Below are positions 1-13,195 of a stretch of 64,000 nt of DNA, piece after piece. A model generated the notes under the pieces. It did not search any database and was not told the DNA's origin. It saw only the letters and a list, made by a program, of their open reading frames with translations. Position 1 is the stretch's first letter, and each line of letters opens with the position of its first letter. The stretch is from assembly GCA_963514005.1 (NCBI GenBank), contig OY740814.1, positions 6,758,001-6,822,000 on the forward strand, read 5' to 3'. The translations under genes were made by a program, and so were the position numbers. Origin of the DNA: Raja brachyura (taxonomy: Eukaryota).

Positions 1-464
1 TTCTAGTTCTCTCAATTAATTTTCCTATTCTTCCTTCACTCCAGTTTTGCAGGTTATGATATGGCTAATGAGGGCAATGTGGACATTGATGAATATTCTG
101 CAGAAAGAGGCGACTGACAAGTATTCTGTGAAGGAGTACGCTTCTTCCGCCAGTTAGGCAGGGCTTCCTGATACATATAATTCAAGGCTTTGGTTCTCAA
201 TACCATGTTCCTTCTCTGCTTTGCATGCTCCCATGACAGTGGCTACCAGGAGTCAGTGGAGATGATACAATTTTTTTGTGTTTTTTTTTTCCCTTTGAAT
301 ACATCTTTATAATCTTTTTCTCTGTCCCAACACAGCTTGATTCTCTAGGGAGCCTCATATTAGTTGTGTGAATGACTTTGCCTTCCCAACATGGCTCGGG
401 GGGGGGGGGGGGGGAATAACAATGTTTTAATCGTACCTGGCAGTTATTTGTTCCTAAACAACCA

Positions 465-785
465 GTTTAATTTAATTTAGTTCAGTTTAGCAACAGAGCA
501 CGGAAACTGTGCTTTGGCCCACCGAGTCCATGCCAACCATCTATCACCTGTTTACACTAATTCTTTGTTGTCCTACTTTCTCATCCACTCCCAACACAGA
601 AGGGACAATTTACAGATGCCAATTAACCTTTGGGATGTGCAGGAAAGCAGAGCACCCAGATATAACCCCCTGCGGTCACAGGGAGAACATGTAAACACTT
701 GCGGCCGGCAGCCAATGTTAGGATCGAGCCCAAGTTTCAGATGTTGTTGGGCTGCAGCTTGACTTGCTGCACCACTGTGCCGTCC
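465..785 (-). mobile_element. tRNA-derived V-SINE (HE1-like)
   Basis: Reverse complement reads ggacggcacagtggtgcagc head, B-box-like tcgatcc, V-domain ...gaccgcagggggtt...tttcctgcacatcccaaag, and a (CTAAA)n-like tail. Confidence 0.75.
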
Positions 786-1690
786 ATTAGCTGGTCATTC
801 ATCCTGTCCTCATGGGATCTTGCTTGTGTATATAACGTAGCCATACTCCAACAAAGTGGATGAAGAGCTCAAGGTAGAATCTGAGAAGGGGGTGGGAGTC
901 GTCTTTTGCTTCTTTGGCAACTTGCAAGGAAAAATACTTGGCCAACATTGGTCCTTTTCTAAATTCTCAATTTTTAAAGATGAAATGTGGATGAAATGAC
1001 TGTCACAGTTTACCTGCAATAAGGCAATTCTAATGTTACTTTGAAACTTTACAAAATGTTAACCTAACTTTATCTGTTAAAATTTGGGTAACGTGCAAAT
1101 TAGTACGGTGTTTTAAATTCAAAGTCTAAGATCAAATATTACTTGGATTTTATATTTAACTTCGTAATTTAACCGAATCAAGCAAATATTTATTCTGAAG
1201 CCTTCTTAATGATTTTATTTCTTTGATAGTCAACATGACTTGCAATTTCTACATCTCATTTTTATGGCCTTCGGCAAAACAGAATAGTATTTCTGATAAA
1301 TTAACTTTTAATGTCTTTGTCAGATTGGTGCTGCAAGTTCTTTGATCTGAAAATGAAATAGCTCATTAAACTAGATTCATCCACTTGCATGTCACTAACA
1401 TAATTAAAATACGAAGTTTCAAAATTTGGAAACAAGTTTGTGTTTTTATTTTTGCTCGTTCACTTATTAGTCATTTCCATGTTTTCCTCTTTTGCATTAA
1501 CTATCTTATTCAGTTCAAATGTTTGTCCCTATTTGTCATCTTGCAGTGACATACATCACGATGCATTCCTATGTTTTGAACAACGCAAGTTATCATCATG
1601 GCAGTAATTACAGAGTTTGAATTATATCAGTCAGTTAAGTGGGTTACTTAAAATAATTACTGATGATGGTAGGAAAATTGAATAATTTTC

Positions 1691-3015
1691 AATAGACAAT
1701 AGCCAATCGGTGCAGGAGTAGACCATTCGGCCCTTCGAGCCAGCACTGCCATTCAGATTCAGGTTACCTTTATTGTCATTCAGACCTTTCGGTCTGAACA
1801 AAATTTCGTGCCTGCAGTCATACATATATTAAAAGCAACAAAAACATACAATAAACACAAATTTAACATCCACCACAGTGAGTTCACCAAACACCTCCTC
1901 ACTGTGATGGAAGGCAAAGGTCTTAGTCTTTGTCTCTTCCCTCCTTATTCTCCCTCTGCGCTGAGGCGATCCAGGCCTCCGATATTGTGACCCCGCCGGG
2001 TGTTGGTAAGTGAGTCAGTCCCGCGGCTGAATCCAGCTCCGCGAACGGGCCGATTCAAACTCCGCGGCCCGGGGCGGTCAAAGCTGCCGAAGCTGCCGCC
2101 CTCCAGTCCAGCAGACGCAGCTGTTGTTGCGGGAGCTCCAAAAATCAGGTCACCAACCTGTGACCTGCGAGCTCCCGACGATGTCGTCCACTGGGCCCGC
2201 GGCCGGGCCTCGGAAGCCGCGTCGCCACCGCCGCGGAAACGCCACAGCTGCAAGTCGGGCCGCTGCCGCTACCGGCAGTGGCCCGAATTCAATGTGATCA
2301 TGGCTGATCATCCCCAATCAGTCCCCCGTTCCTGAGCCCTTTCTTGCTCTCTCTTGAAAGCACCCAGAGAACCCGCCTCCACCGCCCTCTGAGGCAGAGA
2401 ATTCCACAGACTTGCCACTCTCTGTGAGAAAAAGTGTTTCCTCATCTCCGTTCTAAACCTTATTCTTAAACTGTGGCCCCTGGTTCTGGACTCCCCCAAC
2501 ATCGGGAACATGTTTCCTGCCTCTAGCGTGTCCAAACCCTTAACGATCTTATATGTTTCAAAGAGATCCCCTCTCATCCTTCTAAACTCCAGAGTGTACA
2601 AGCCCAGCAACTCCATTCTCTCAGCATATGACAGTCCCGTCATCCCGGGAATTAATCTTGTAAACCTACGCTGCACTCCCGCAATAGCAAGAATGTCCTT
2701 CCTCAACTTAGGGGACCAAAACTGTACACAATACTCCGGGTATGGTCTCACTAGGGCTCTGTACAACTGCAGAAGGACCTCTTTGCTCCTATATTCGATT
2801 CCTCTTGTTAGAAAGGCCAACATACCATTCGCTTTCTTCACTGCCTTCTGTACCTGCATGCTTACTTTCATAGACTGATGTACAAGGAACCCCAGATCCA
2901 GTTGTACTTTCCCTTTTCCCAACTTGACGCCATTTAGATAGTAATCTGCCTTCCTGTTTTTGCTACCAAAGTGGATATCCTCACATTTATCAGCATTAAA
3001 CTTCATCTGCCCACT
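1691..3015 (-). mobile_element. CR1-type LINE 3' fragment, interrupted by an insertion at 1756-2286
   Basis: ORF 2308-3006 MKFNADKCEDIHFG...YRALVRPYPEYCVQFWSP...RRMRGDLFETYKI (CR1 ORF2 C-terminus); 3' UTR and (CTATTGT)n tail at 1691-1755. Confidence 0.9.
1756..2286 (-). mobile_element. Nested non-LTR insertion with a Rex/Babar-like 3' end and a GC-rich 5' part
   Basis: Minus strand ends ...aatgacaataaaggtaacctgaatctgaat; flanked by ATTCA at 1751-1755 and 2287-2291, where the CR1 sequence resumes. Confidence 0.7.
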
Positions 3016-4878
3016 CCCCCAACCTTTCCTCAGACGCTTTGTTTCTATGGAGTCCTACATCATCACCCATTCAGTGGGTTCTGATGAGGCCAACAAGGGA
3101 ACTGCAGATTCCCTGCCAAATGGGCCAGGAATACCTGACATTAGTGTTGGAAGAGGCGCTCTCGTTCTGTGTTTTTGGAGGGGGCCATTGTGCTCTTGAT
3201 GCTTTAATTTAAGGTTCCTAACATCACCCTGAAAGCTCCTTCTCCACTTTAAGCGATTATTCGCAGTGCAATCCTACGATTTGGGGAGAGTGTTGCATTT
3301 TTCTTCCGTCTGGTCATCTCTTTGCAAGACGGAGCTCGGAATAGAACGTCTGTTTCGAGCTATGGTGTTGGACGCGCAAATACCATGGCCTGTGCAGCAG
3401 AGTCAATGGAGTTGGCCTGGGAGATTACACTGATAGTGGTTTGTGTATCCTTCCATTTAAGTATTTTGCAGAGATGGCAATGTGGCACATTTCCAACGCC
3501 TTGAAGGCCTGCTGCATGAGGTCCAGGTCTCGGAGGCATATAGTAGAGCATGGATCATGATTATGTACCGTAAATATAATTAGGTTACCTTCATTATACA
3601 CTCTACTGACCAGTTGAATTTTCCATTTGTCATACTGTCTAAAGCCAATTTACTGGTGTGTGTATGTTATGGGCATTTTTCAAAAGGATCCAGGCTCATT
3701 TTGTGCTTTTATTTTGCTTATTGATTTCTCACCCTATCAATCACCCTGCCCATTGGCTTCATTGTAATTCCAAGGGCACCAAGTACCATTTGATACATTC
3801 CCCAAATGACCATAATTCAAATAAATCTTGATACTGAATTTCATAGTGTAGAATTTTGTAGCTAGTGCTGATTCTGACATTCGTGTATGCTTGTTACCAA
3901 AGAGATTTTTTTTTGTGTTTCACTGTGGAAACTTTTTTTTGTCTTCAACTAAATTGGACAGACCTGTGATGCAACCCAATTTTTTTTTCCTATATGGTTC
4001 ATCTGTAAAATCGATACATTTGCAGAACTAGATATGCTCTTGATAAGATCTCTACAAGCAGCAGGAGATTAAATCCCAGTGGTGTGCAGTAGCTTTGAAC
4101 TGAAATTCCAGATTCAAAGAACAGTTTTGTAAAACTCAGAACCATTTAAGATCCGTCCTACTGACTGGTCATCACATACACTATGATTAGATTCCAACAT
4201 TAATCATTTCTGTGTGTCTTTTTTTATTTCCCTCTTGTGAACATGTAGGATTATTTTGAGGTCTTGTTTGTGGCTATTTTTAATTTCTGAAGATGTTTTG
4301 TCAACTTCATCTGTTTCCTTCATTGAACCTGTTGTTTGAGATTGGAGGATGGAATACTTTTTTGATGGCCATAAGCGTCTTAATTGATGTTAAATGAGTT
4401 TATGCATGTGTGCAAGAAAGAAAACGAATCATCAGTTACTTCTGAGGGCCTTGTGCCACTCCATCCAGTAGATAATTGATTAGCTTTGGTGACTGGTTTA
4501 AAGAACCATCCACTAGGCATTTGGAGATGGCTGATTAGCAGCTCAAGGAAGGTGGCTGAAGGAAGCTTTTCTTCATTTAAAATTATATTTACCATGATTT
4601 AGTCTCATGGCATACCCATTAAACTTTAGTGTTGATTACCTTTGTATGGAAATATTAATTTCCATGACTGTAAGAGCTTTGTAACAATTCTTTATCAAGA
4701 TTGTAAGTTTTGTAACAATTCTTTAAACCTACTGAAGTAATACTGTATTTAAACTGACAGTGTACACGCCTGCTCTGCTTAGTTTTTTTTAATATATATC
4801 AAGATTGTTGCCGGTGCAAGAGGCTGCTGTTGTACTGTGAACTTTAATTTGTCTGATTGCAGCTGTGAGTAGAGATGT

Positions 4879-4880
<2 letters not shown>

Positions 4881-4910
<30 letters not shown>
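4881..4910 (+). repeat. (CTG)10 microsatellite
   Basis: Read directly. Confidence 0.95.
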
Positions 4911-4913
<3 letters not shown>

Positions 4914-6809
4914 AGGAAACTATAGCAGAGTTTGACACTGTGGGTTTCACATTGCTGCCAGCCAATCAGGTTGCACGGCTGTTGCTATGCCTGCTCTAAG
5001 TCTGCCTCATTGTAGAGGCAGTGCATTGCAGAGTGATAGGCTGGAGCTAATATGCACCACAGCAGAACATGTTGTTTTGACCATTGCAGACATCTGGTGC
5101 ACTCAGATACTGACAGTGCAGCCCGGCATTAGCCAGAGGCAACTTCCTTTACTCAAGAAGTCAAACATTCTTTGTTCAAAAAGGAAAATTATGGCTGCAT
5201 AGAAAAGGTGTGTACTGTGCAGAGTGCTTTTGTGTGTTATATTGTCATTGCTTTCTCTTACATTATCCCCCAATGTAACGTGTTTAAGGGGGTGGAGCAC
5301 AAGAGTGTACACAGAAATGTTGAGATCTCCCTAACTTTATTCTTTGTGTGATTGAATTCAGTAGATTTATTACTTACGGTTCACATTATCGTCAGTTACC
5401 CAATGAATAGCAACATTTAGATTGTTTCATTATGCTTCATTTGCATTTAGTAGACCAGCTTTCTCTAGTTTCTGGCTGCAGAAGTATTTTACCTTTAAAT
5501 TACCTCGGAAATGAATCTTTTGTAGGTATTTGTCTTCCCAAGGTGGGACATAGCTTACAATCTATGCAAATAACTGAATGAAACACCTACAAAGGCACCT
5601 TCCAGGCTTCTCTTTATGCACGCCTTCTGTTCTAAGTTGTGACTTTAGTGCATTGTCAACCTATCTTGTCCTTCAAACAAAGCTACGTGAAGGCTAAAGA
5701 CACACTGCAGTACCTTTTTATTTCAGCATTTAGCTAGAAAATTAATGATTTACATACTATTAAATAATTTATTAATCCTTCCAGTATATCGTGCTGCAAA
5801 TTCTTTTCTGGTGTTCTTCAACTCCACAAACGTGGTCAAGTTTAAGGAATTTTTGAATTTCAATTAACTAACTTCCTTGACTTTCTGGCACAAGAGAATA
5901 ATTATAGAAATTCCAGTCAGATGTACAGTTCCCTTTGTTAATCATGCAAGGTTAGATTGACTGTTCCTGTTAAAGAAGTGATTGTATGACATTTGGTGCA
6001 GCAATAGTGAGGTCAGTTATGTTTGTTCCCTGTTGTTGACAGTGTATCAAGTTCACTGAAACAGTGTGGTGTAGCTCCCTGATTTGGTCTGCAATCTTGT
6101 GTACTCGTTTCCTTATGTGCAACTTGTTTTCTCAGGCACATTTCCAGCCTTTCTCATTGGAATTGCTTCTCGGCATCTGCTTTCCCGATGCAGCCAGCAC
6201 TACCACCTCTTCTTCCACTTGTTCACTCCACTACTGCACCTCCTTGCATTATTTACACAAGATTCCTTCAGCAACTCTCTCTTCTTTAACTGGCATTATT
6301 CCTTCCAAGTATTAAAGCAGACACTATAGTGGCGTTTAAGAGACATTTAGATAGGCACATGGAAATCCTGGAAATGGAGGATATGGATCGCACGCAGACA
6401 GAGGAGGTGCGTTTAACTTGACATGTTCAGCACGGACATTGTGGGCCGAAGCATCTGTTTCTGGGCTGAACAGTTCTCTGTTCTATAAAAATATTACTTT
6501 TATGTTTTCAAACCTAAATGTATGCCTTCCTTCCTTTCATGTGATAATCTTAATACAATACACACAAGGTTTCCCAGTGCTCTCGTTATCACTTCATATT
6601 GAAGGTCAATCTCCAAGAAAGGAAGAGCAAATTCGAAGTCCACCTCAAAAAGTATTGTGATTACCCTTGCTTAATATGTACATAAATGGTTTCGATGTGA
6701 TAGAGGAAAAGCTCTCTTCAAATTGCTGACCATTACTGACCTTTTCGCATTGGAATTGCTTCTCAGTATCCTCTTTCCTGATGCAGCCATCACTACCCGC
6801 ATACAGGAA

Positions 6810-7106
6810 GGGCGGCACAGTGGCTCAGCGGTAGAGTTTCTGCCGTGCAGCGCCAGAGGCCCAGGCTCAATCCTGATTACAGGTGCAGTCTGTACAAAGT
6901 TTGTACATTCTTCCTGTGACCGCGTGGGGGTTTTTCTGGGTGCTCAGGTTTCCTCCTCCAGTCCAAAGAATAGCAGATGTGCAGGTTAATTGGCTTCTGT
7001 AAACTATCCTAGTTTGTAGGATAGAACTGGTTTACGGGTGATCACTGGTCAGCATGGATTCGATGGGCTGAAGGGTCTGTTACCATGCTGTTTCCCTAAA
7101 CTAAAC
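6810..7106 (+). mobile_element. tRNA-derived V-SINE (HE1-like), near full length
   Basis: gggcggcacagtggctcagcggtagag A-box head, V-domain gtttgtacattcttcctgtgaccgcgtggg...ggtttcctcctccagtccaaaga, tail ctaaactaaac. Confidence 0.8.
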
Positions 7107-7144
7107 ATACAAGGTTTTTGACCAAATAAGTGCAATGACTATTA

Positions 7145-7640
7145 ATCACCCATCTGTGATAATCCTACATGAATCCCATGTTTATATCCTCCCCACATTG
7201 ACAACAATTCCCCCCAGATTCTATCACCCATCAACTTGCTTGGGGCAATTTGTAATGGCCAAGTAACCTGCAAGTCCCTTGGGATGCTAGAGGAAACTCG
7301 CGCAGTTGCAGGGAACACTTGAAGTCGGGTGTCTGACACTGTGGGGCGATGCTGCACCACAGTCATAGAGTGATACAGTGTTGAAACCGGCCCTTTGGCC
7401 CAACTTGCCCACACCGACCACCATGTCCCAGCTACACTAGTCCCATCTGCCCATGTTTAGTCCATATCCCTCCAAACCTGTCCTATCCATGTATCTGTCT
7501 AACATTCTTAAATGTTGGGATAGTCCCTGCCTCAACCACAGCCTCTGACAGCTTGTTCCATACACCCACCACCATTAGTGTGGAAAAAGTTACCCCTCAG
7601 TTGCCTATTAAATATTTTCACCTTTAACCTATGTCCTCTT
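7145..7640 (-). mobile_element. Degenerate V-SINE (about 7145-7360) followed by a CR1 3' fragment (about 7361-7640)
   Basis: Reverse V-domain remnants, then gtcatagagtgatacag...ggcccaacttgcccacacc...cccctcag matching other CR1 3' ends in the window. Confidence 0.65.
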
Positions 7641-8429
7641 CTCCCTCAAACTATAACCATGGGGCATCCTAAACATGATCAATTCCTCTGCATCTGAAAG
7701 TTTATTTTGCCACATCTTCAAGAAATTGGGGCCAGCCACATTGAAGTCTTGTTTCAGTATGATTTAGTTAGAAGTCTGAGATTACAGATTTGCATGGTTA
7801 ACACATGTAACACATTTGTAGATTCATCAAAGAAGTGGCATGTTGTAGAGGGAGGCTGGAAAAACAATCTAAGCATAAATGGTTTACATCTGGAGGTTTT
7901 GTATTCGTGAAAAATATACTGCAAAAATGTTTTTTGAGCGCAATAGTTAATTAGTTGTGCAAATTTAAAGATTTGGGTAAGAACCACTTTTGAAAAAAGA
8001 GAGCAACACAAATATTTTGTGGGAGGATAGTTCCACCTTAAAGCTTTTCCTCTTCAAACCTCCTCTTTCATCTCTCCTCAAGAACGCATTGCAGAGATGA
8101 AAACTTTCCCAATATTTACATGACTGTGAACAGCAGTGTACCTAGAGAAGACAAAAAATGCCGACTGACTCGTTGAGCTACTCCAGCACTCCGTGTCCTC
8201 TCTTGTAAACCAGCATCTGCAGTTTCTGGTTTCTAGCAATGTAACATAACTGGTTGCAAGTGTTTTGTCATCCATGACTTGCCTAGTGGCAGTATATATT
8301 TTATTTCTGATGGCTCTGTTACAATAAATATCTTACTTTAAAATCCTTGAAGCCTTTCAAAGTCTTGAAATAAAACATAATACCACTAATGATAATGTTT
8401 TCCATGACTTGAATGTTGTGACATATGTT

Positions 8430-9780
8430 CTGATAATTGCTGCCTGGCTACAAGTCCAAGTTTTCACTGCGTTTAACCCATCATCTCATCACCACATCCC
8501 CTCTGTTGCTTTCCACTAGGTTGTTAGGATCCATCCATCTTCAAGAGCTGTTAGTTGACATTATCCTGCTTGGAGAGGGGAATGTTTCAACCGTGGTTGC
8601 ATTTCCTGCTGTGATTGACTAGCCTATCCTTGACAAGCAGACCTTCACACAGCTTCCACAGGTGAAGATGTCTCTGGCTGTTGGATTGTGTTGCTGCTGC
8701 CATTGACGATTTTGTGGTGTGGGCGTCTGACCTTCATGGTCTTGAACCACATGCTGTTGTGATCCTTCATACCTGCCTGGTGGGCCTTTCTCCAGTCCTC
8801 AGTAGATGTTCCCCAGTTGTCAGTGGTAATGTTAAACCTTTGTCTCTTTTAGTCGTATTCGTGTCGTTAAACTTTGGACTTCCTCTTGGTCTCCATGTAG
8901 TGGTGACCTCCCTGTATAGCCAATCTTTGGAGATGGGTCCATTTTCCACCCTGTGTACATGTCCAAGCCAGCAGAGACACTTTTATGCTTGAGGATCACA
9001 GGGATGCTAGGCATGTTGGCCATGGAGAGGACAGATTCATTGGTAATTTTTGTTCTGCCAAGAAATTCCCAGGATGCGTAGACAGCAGAAATTTAAATTA
9101 TTCTATTTCCATTCTTGATGTAGATAAGTCGTCCAAGCTTCACTGCTGTACAGTAACGTGCTCAAGATGCACACCTTGTAGACAGTTATCTTGGTCATGA
9201 TTGTGAGTTCCTTTTCTTCCATGCCCACTTGGTTGAACATCCGAAGGTAGTTGTTGCTTTACCTATGCGTAAATTGATTTCCCCATCCAGAGGTAGGCTA
9301 TTAGGTAGATATTAGGTAGGCAAATTTGTTGACTGCTTCCAGTGGAGTGGTGTTTAGGGTGAGTGCCTTGACCCATGACAACAGTCGTCTTAATGCTGAT
9401 TGTCAGTCGGTCTTTATTGCAAGCATGAGTCAGGCTCTCCATCAGCCCCGGAAGTCCTCCTATCGTTGGGGCAATTAATGCAGGGACAGTGAACAGGAGT
9501 TCCCTTAAAAGCATGGTACTTGCCTTCATCTTGACTTTCAACCTTGTTAGATTGAAGAGCTTCCCGTCGCTTCTAGTGTCATTATCCGTGTCTGTCGGGA
9601 AGGCAATTGACAGAAGGGCAGATAGGCAGATGCTGAACAGTGGACGCTAGGACACAACCTTACTTCACCCCTTTTCTTATGGGGAAACTGTCCGATGAAG
9701 CATCATCAAATTGCATAGTACCATGCATATTCTCATAGATGGACTGAATGAGGTTTGGGACACGTGGTGGTGGTCCCCAC
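8430..9780 (-). mobile_element. RTE (BovB-like) LINE, decayed RT C-terminal part
   Basis: Minus ORFs ...GLMESLTHACNKDRLTISIKTTVVMGQ and SKDWLYREVTTTWRPRGSPKF...KRD resemble RTE motifs (GLTISIKKT, LLYGEL..GKRPRGRPK); multiple frameshifts. Confidence 0.75.
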
Positions 9781-10319
9781 TGTTCCTTTCTACTAGGATT
9801 GCTTAAAATTAATAGTAACTGTTCTATGAAACAATATATTTTTAAACAATAAAGTTCTACTATGGACAGGAGGATTAGAGATAGCTTAAAACATATAACA
9901 TTTATTTGCCTTTGGAGTTATCAAACTACAGAGCAAAAGTGCCAAGGTATTTAATCTTAATGATTGCCGTGGAACTTCCAAAGTCCATGTAATATTTAAA
10001 TTGATGTTCTTGTTATTTTGCATATCTCACTTTGTTAATAGTTGTAAATCTTGGTATTCCGTTCTAGGATTTACGCAACACTCAGAGACAACAAAAAGAA
10101 CGCCTCTTTCCAAATCACCACGGCCACAAATTTCAAACAAATCAAAGCAACAAATAAGAAATAAACACAGGAGATAATTGGTTAGCATTTCGGATTTGAG
10201 ATAATATGTGGATTGTAATTAGCATTTTTGTTTGGAAGGATTTTTAACCAAGTTTGTTAAAAATATCTGTGAAAAATGAAAAAGTATGAATTATGAAGTG
10301 AGAAAAGGAAAATCTAAAA

Positions 10320-10720
10320 AAGACACAAACTGCTGGAGTAACTCATTGGGGTTAGGCAGCAATCTTTGGAGAACATGGATAGGTGACGTTTTGGGTCGGG
10401 ACCCTTCTTCAGACTGGTTGTGGGGGTGGGAGAAAGTTGAAAGGGGCGTAGGACACGACAGGGATACCTTGAACAATGAGCCAATATGGGATCTGCACTT
10501 CCTTGGTTATCTGTTACTGGCCCTTTACCTCCAGTTCCCTCCCGTTTACTTTCGGTCTGAAGAACGGTACTGACCCGAAACATCACCCATCCTTTTTCTC
10601 CAGCGATGCTGCCTGACCCACTGTCTACAAGGGGTAGAACAAAGCCTGGCAATTATAGGTGTGGACAGGTGTGAGTGGTTTTTGATTGGCAGATGGTTGG
10701 ACAAAGACAAAGTTTGATAC
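10320..10720. mobile_element. Penelope-like terminal repeats in both orientations
   Basis: gacacaaactgctggagtaactca...gacgttttgggtcgggacccttcttcagact, with an inverted copy ggtctgaagaacggtactgacccgaaacatcacccat at 10554-10590. Confidence 0.75.
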
Positions 10721-12927
10721 AAAATCCAAAAGACTAGTTGAAGTAGTTTCTAAATATGATTCATTGCCCCTTCCAATACATATTCAAATTCTTGCTTGAT
10801 TATATCTTACAGATGTCAAAATCATGTTAATTTTTTTCCATCTGTAGATTGACTTATACTGTCTATTTTAATTCCGTAAATGTTCTGGGGCATAGTTTCA
10901 AACATGAAATCCTGATTCTGTGAGGCCTGCAAGGAGATTCTGGGGATTGGCATGGATTCCCAGAGGGACCACAGTTGTGTTTACCATTCTTGCATTTTAT
11001 TTCTGTCATTGTAGATCCTTTAAAACAAAATCAGTGTTTGTCCATGGATAACTAGGTGTTATTTTTCAGGGAACAGCATCCCCCCAGGGTAATCAGTATT
11101 TGTAGGGAGTCTCCAGGGGACATGTTGGTATTTTCAGGGATTCTCTCAAACAAAGAAAAATTGAAAACCATGATTGTAAGGGATTTGACTGACTACTTTG
11201 GTTATCATAATTACCCTTTTTACATGACAAGTCGAAACAATATCCCATAGTACAACTCAAGAGAATAAATCTACTTATCACAAAGAAACTAGGACTCCTT
11301 GTAAAAAGGCTTTTGCAATAGGCTTAGGCAGCAGCTCTTGATAATGTGACCTTTTTTTTGCTATACTGATGTCATTGCACCAAGACTTTGAAAGACTGAG
11401 GCTTTGTATTTAATGACGTTTCAAAATGTGACCTTTAGTGGTAGTTTTCTCAAATCTTGGCTTCAAATTACTGGGCTGACTTTAAAAAAAAATGTTTTCA
11501 TTAACTAATTCAACAATCATGTATGTAAAATAATGTTACTGGGTTGTTCTAGTTTAAAACAAATCCTTCATGGAAACCTTTGTTCATAAGTAGTTTCTGT
11601 TGTGGTTAAGATTTTTTTTCACTTTTAATTCCCAGTCAGCTCTAGGCACCCTGCAACCCACAATTCATAAACTACTGGCACAATGTTACCTTTTGAACTC
11701 CCTTTGCCAGATAACCTCTGATTAACTTTCCAGCTTCAAACTGTTTTGTTCTGTTTTCAATTACCTTGGCACATACCCGGATTTCTATCTCCCCCCCCCC
11801 CCCCCCCCCCCCTCAAAGCATTCCCAGGATTGGAGCTTTTCAGTTGTCCAGAGCTCAGATCTTTGTCTCTCTCAGCAGCTATGACTACTTTAGCACTTAA
11901 CATCTACGAAAACATTTCTTTTCAATATTTTTTCTCTTCATATGAATGCCACGTTCCTGCCATCCTTTCCTTGTTCCCCTTGCTGTCAATACAATATGGT
12001 ATCAGATTTGTTCTGCTGTTCTTCCATTTTCACTGTATGTGCTCCCTGGGATTGTTTGTTTTAGTTTAGAGATACAGCGCGGAAACAGGCACTTCGAGCC
12101 ACTGAGTCTGCGCACTTGTTCGATCCTTTTAATTATCTAATTGTTGTGGTATCAACAGATTCACTCGTTGTGGTATCAATGGAAAACTCAAGATCATATG
12201 GACATAACTTTAATTTTGACCCTCAAGCAATTTAAGAGTCAAGATTTATTTATGTTAAGCACAGCACCTCCCTGTGTCTTTAATCGCATGAGTTTTATTA
12301 ATTCCCACCTCGGGTTAATTGCATTTGTGCATGAATTGGGAGTGTTACTAAAATTCTTCCTTGTATCTACAGGATATTAATTCCCACCACCCTTTATATG
12401 ATCATTGATCCTCATTCCTACCCATCCCACTTGTCACCAAGCCCTCCATTGCCTTCAGAATTTCTGTAATATTTTCAAAATTCAACATTTCTTCCACCTT
12501 CTACGAACACTGGTCGATTCAGAATGTTGCAGTCTTTTTTATTATATACAAACTATGAATTTCCATGCAAGATTTGTTTAGTTGCAAAGAATCTGTTGTC
12601 AGAGTTTAGTGCTGATGAATCTAAGTGGTTCCTTTTCGCCCAGTTGCCTGTCTGGCAGTCCTTACAACTTTGGGTCCACTGTCCACTTTACAATATATAG
12701 CCACTGCTTCAACTATACAAAACTATATCTCCAAACCCTTCCCTATTTCTCTTTATCTGTATTTTCAGATTTATCTCTTATTTAGCCTGTTTCTGTGCTG
12801 TATCACTCTGATAAATGGTCCTCTAACACCTGTCCTGGGAAATGTTATCATTATAAGCTATTGAATTAGATCTGCAAAACTATATTTGAGTTCCTGGTCA
12901 CAACTGGTTTGAATTATATTCATTATT

Positions 12928-13195
12928 GTCAAGAGTGTTTAATTGTCATATGAGCCAACAATGGAACAATGAAATTCTTGCTTGCCGCAACTTAACAGAC
13001 CCATATACACGATAATGCACAGAGTACATAATCAACAATATAATATAGTAATAACTAACAGTATCTAACCAAAATAGTGCAAAGTCCCAAGTCTTTGCAA
13101 CCAAAGACACAGTCCAAGGAAAAGCTGCTGAGGTTAGTATGTGTAGCTCAAGGTCCAAATGGCTGCTGAGAAGAAGTAGTTAAGCTGTTCTGAAT
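12928..13195 (-). mobile_element. Rex/Babar-type LINE 3' end
   Basis: gtcaagagtgtttaattgtcatatg...caatgaaattcttgcttgccgcaacttaacag matches the reverse of the 3' end at 61600-61680 that follows a Rex-type ORF. Confidence 0.6.

Noticed and set aside
6810-6890. tRNA genes at SINE heads (also about 42112, 58050, 31311)
   Set aside because: A/B-box-like heads run into the V-domain and LINE-like tail; no complete cloverleaf.
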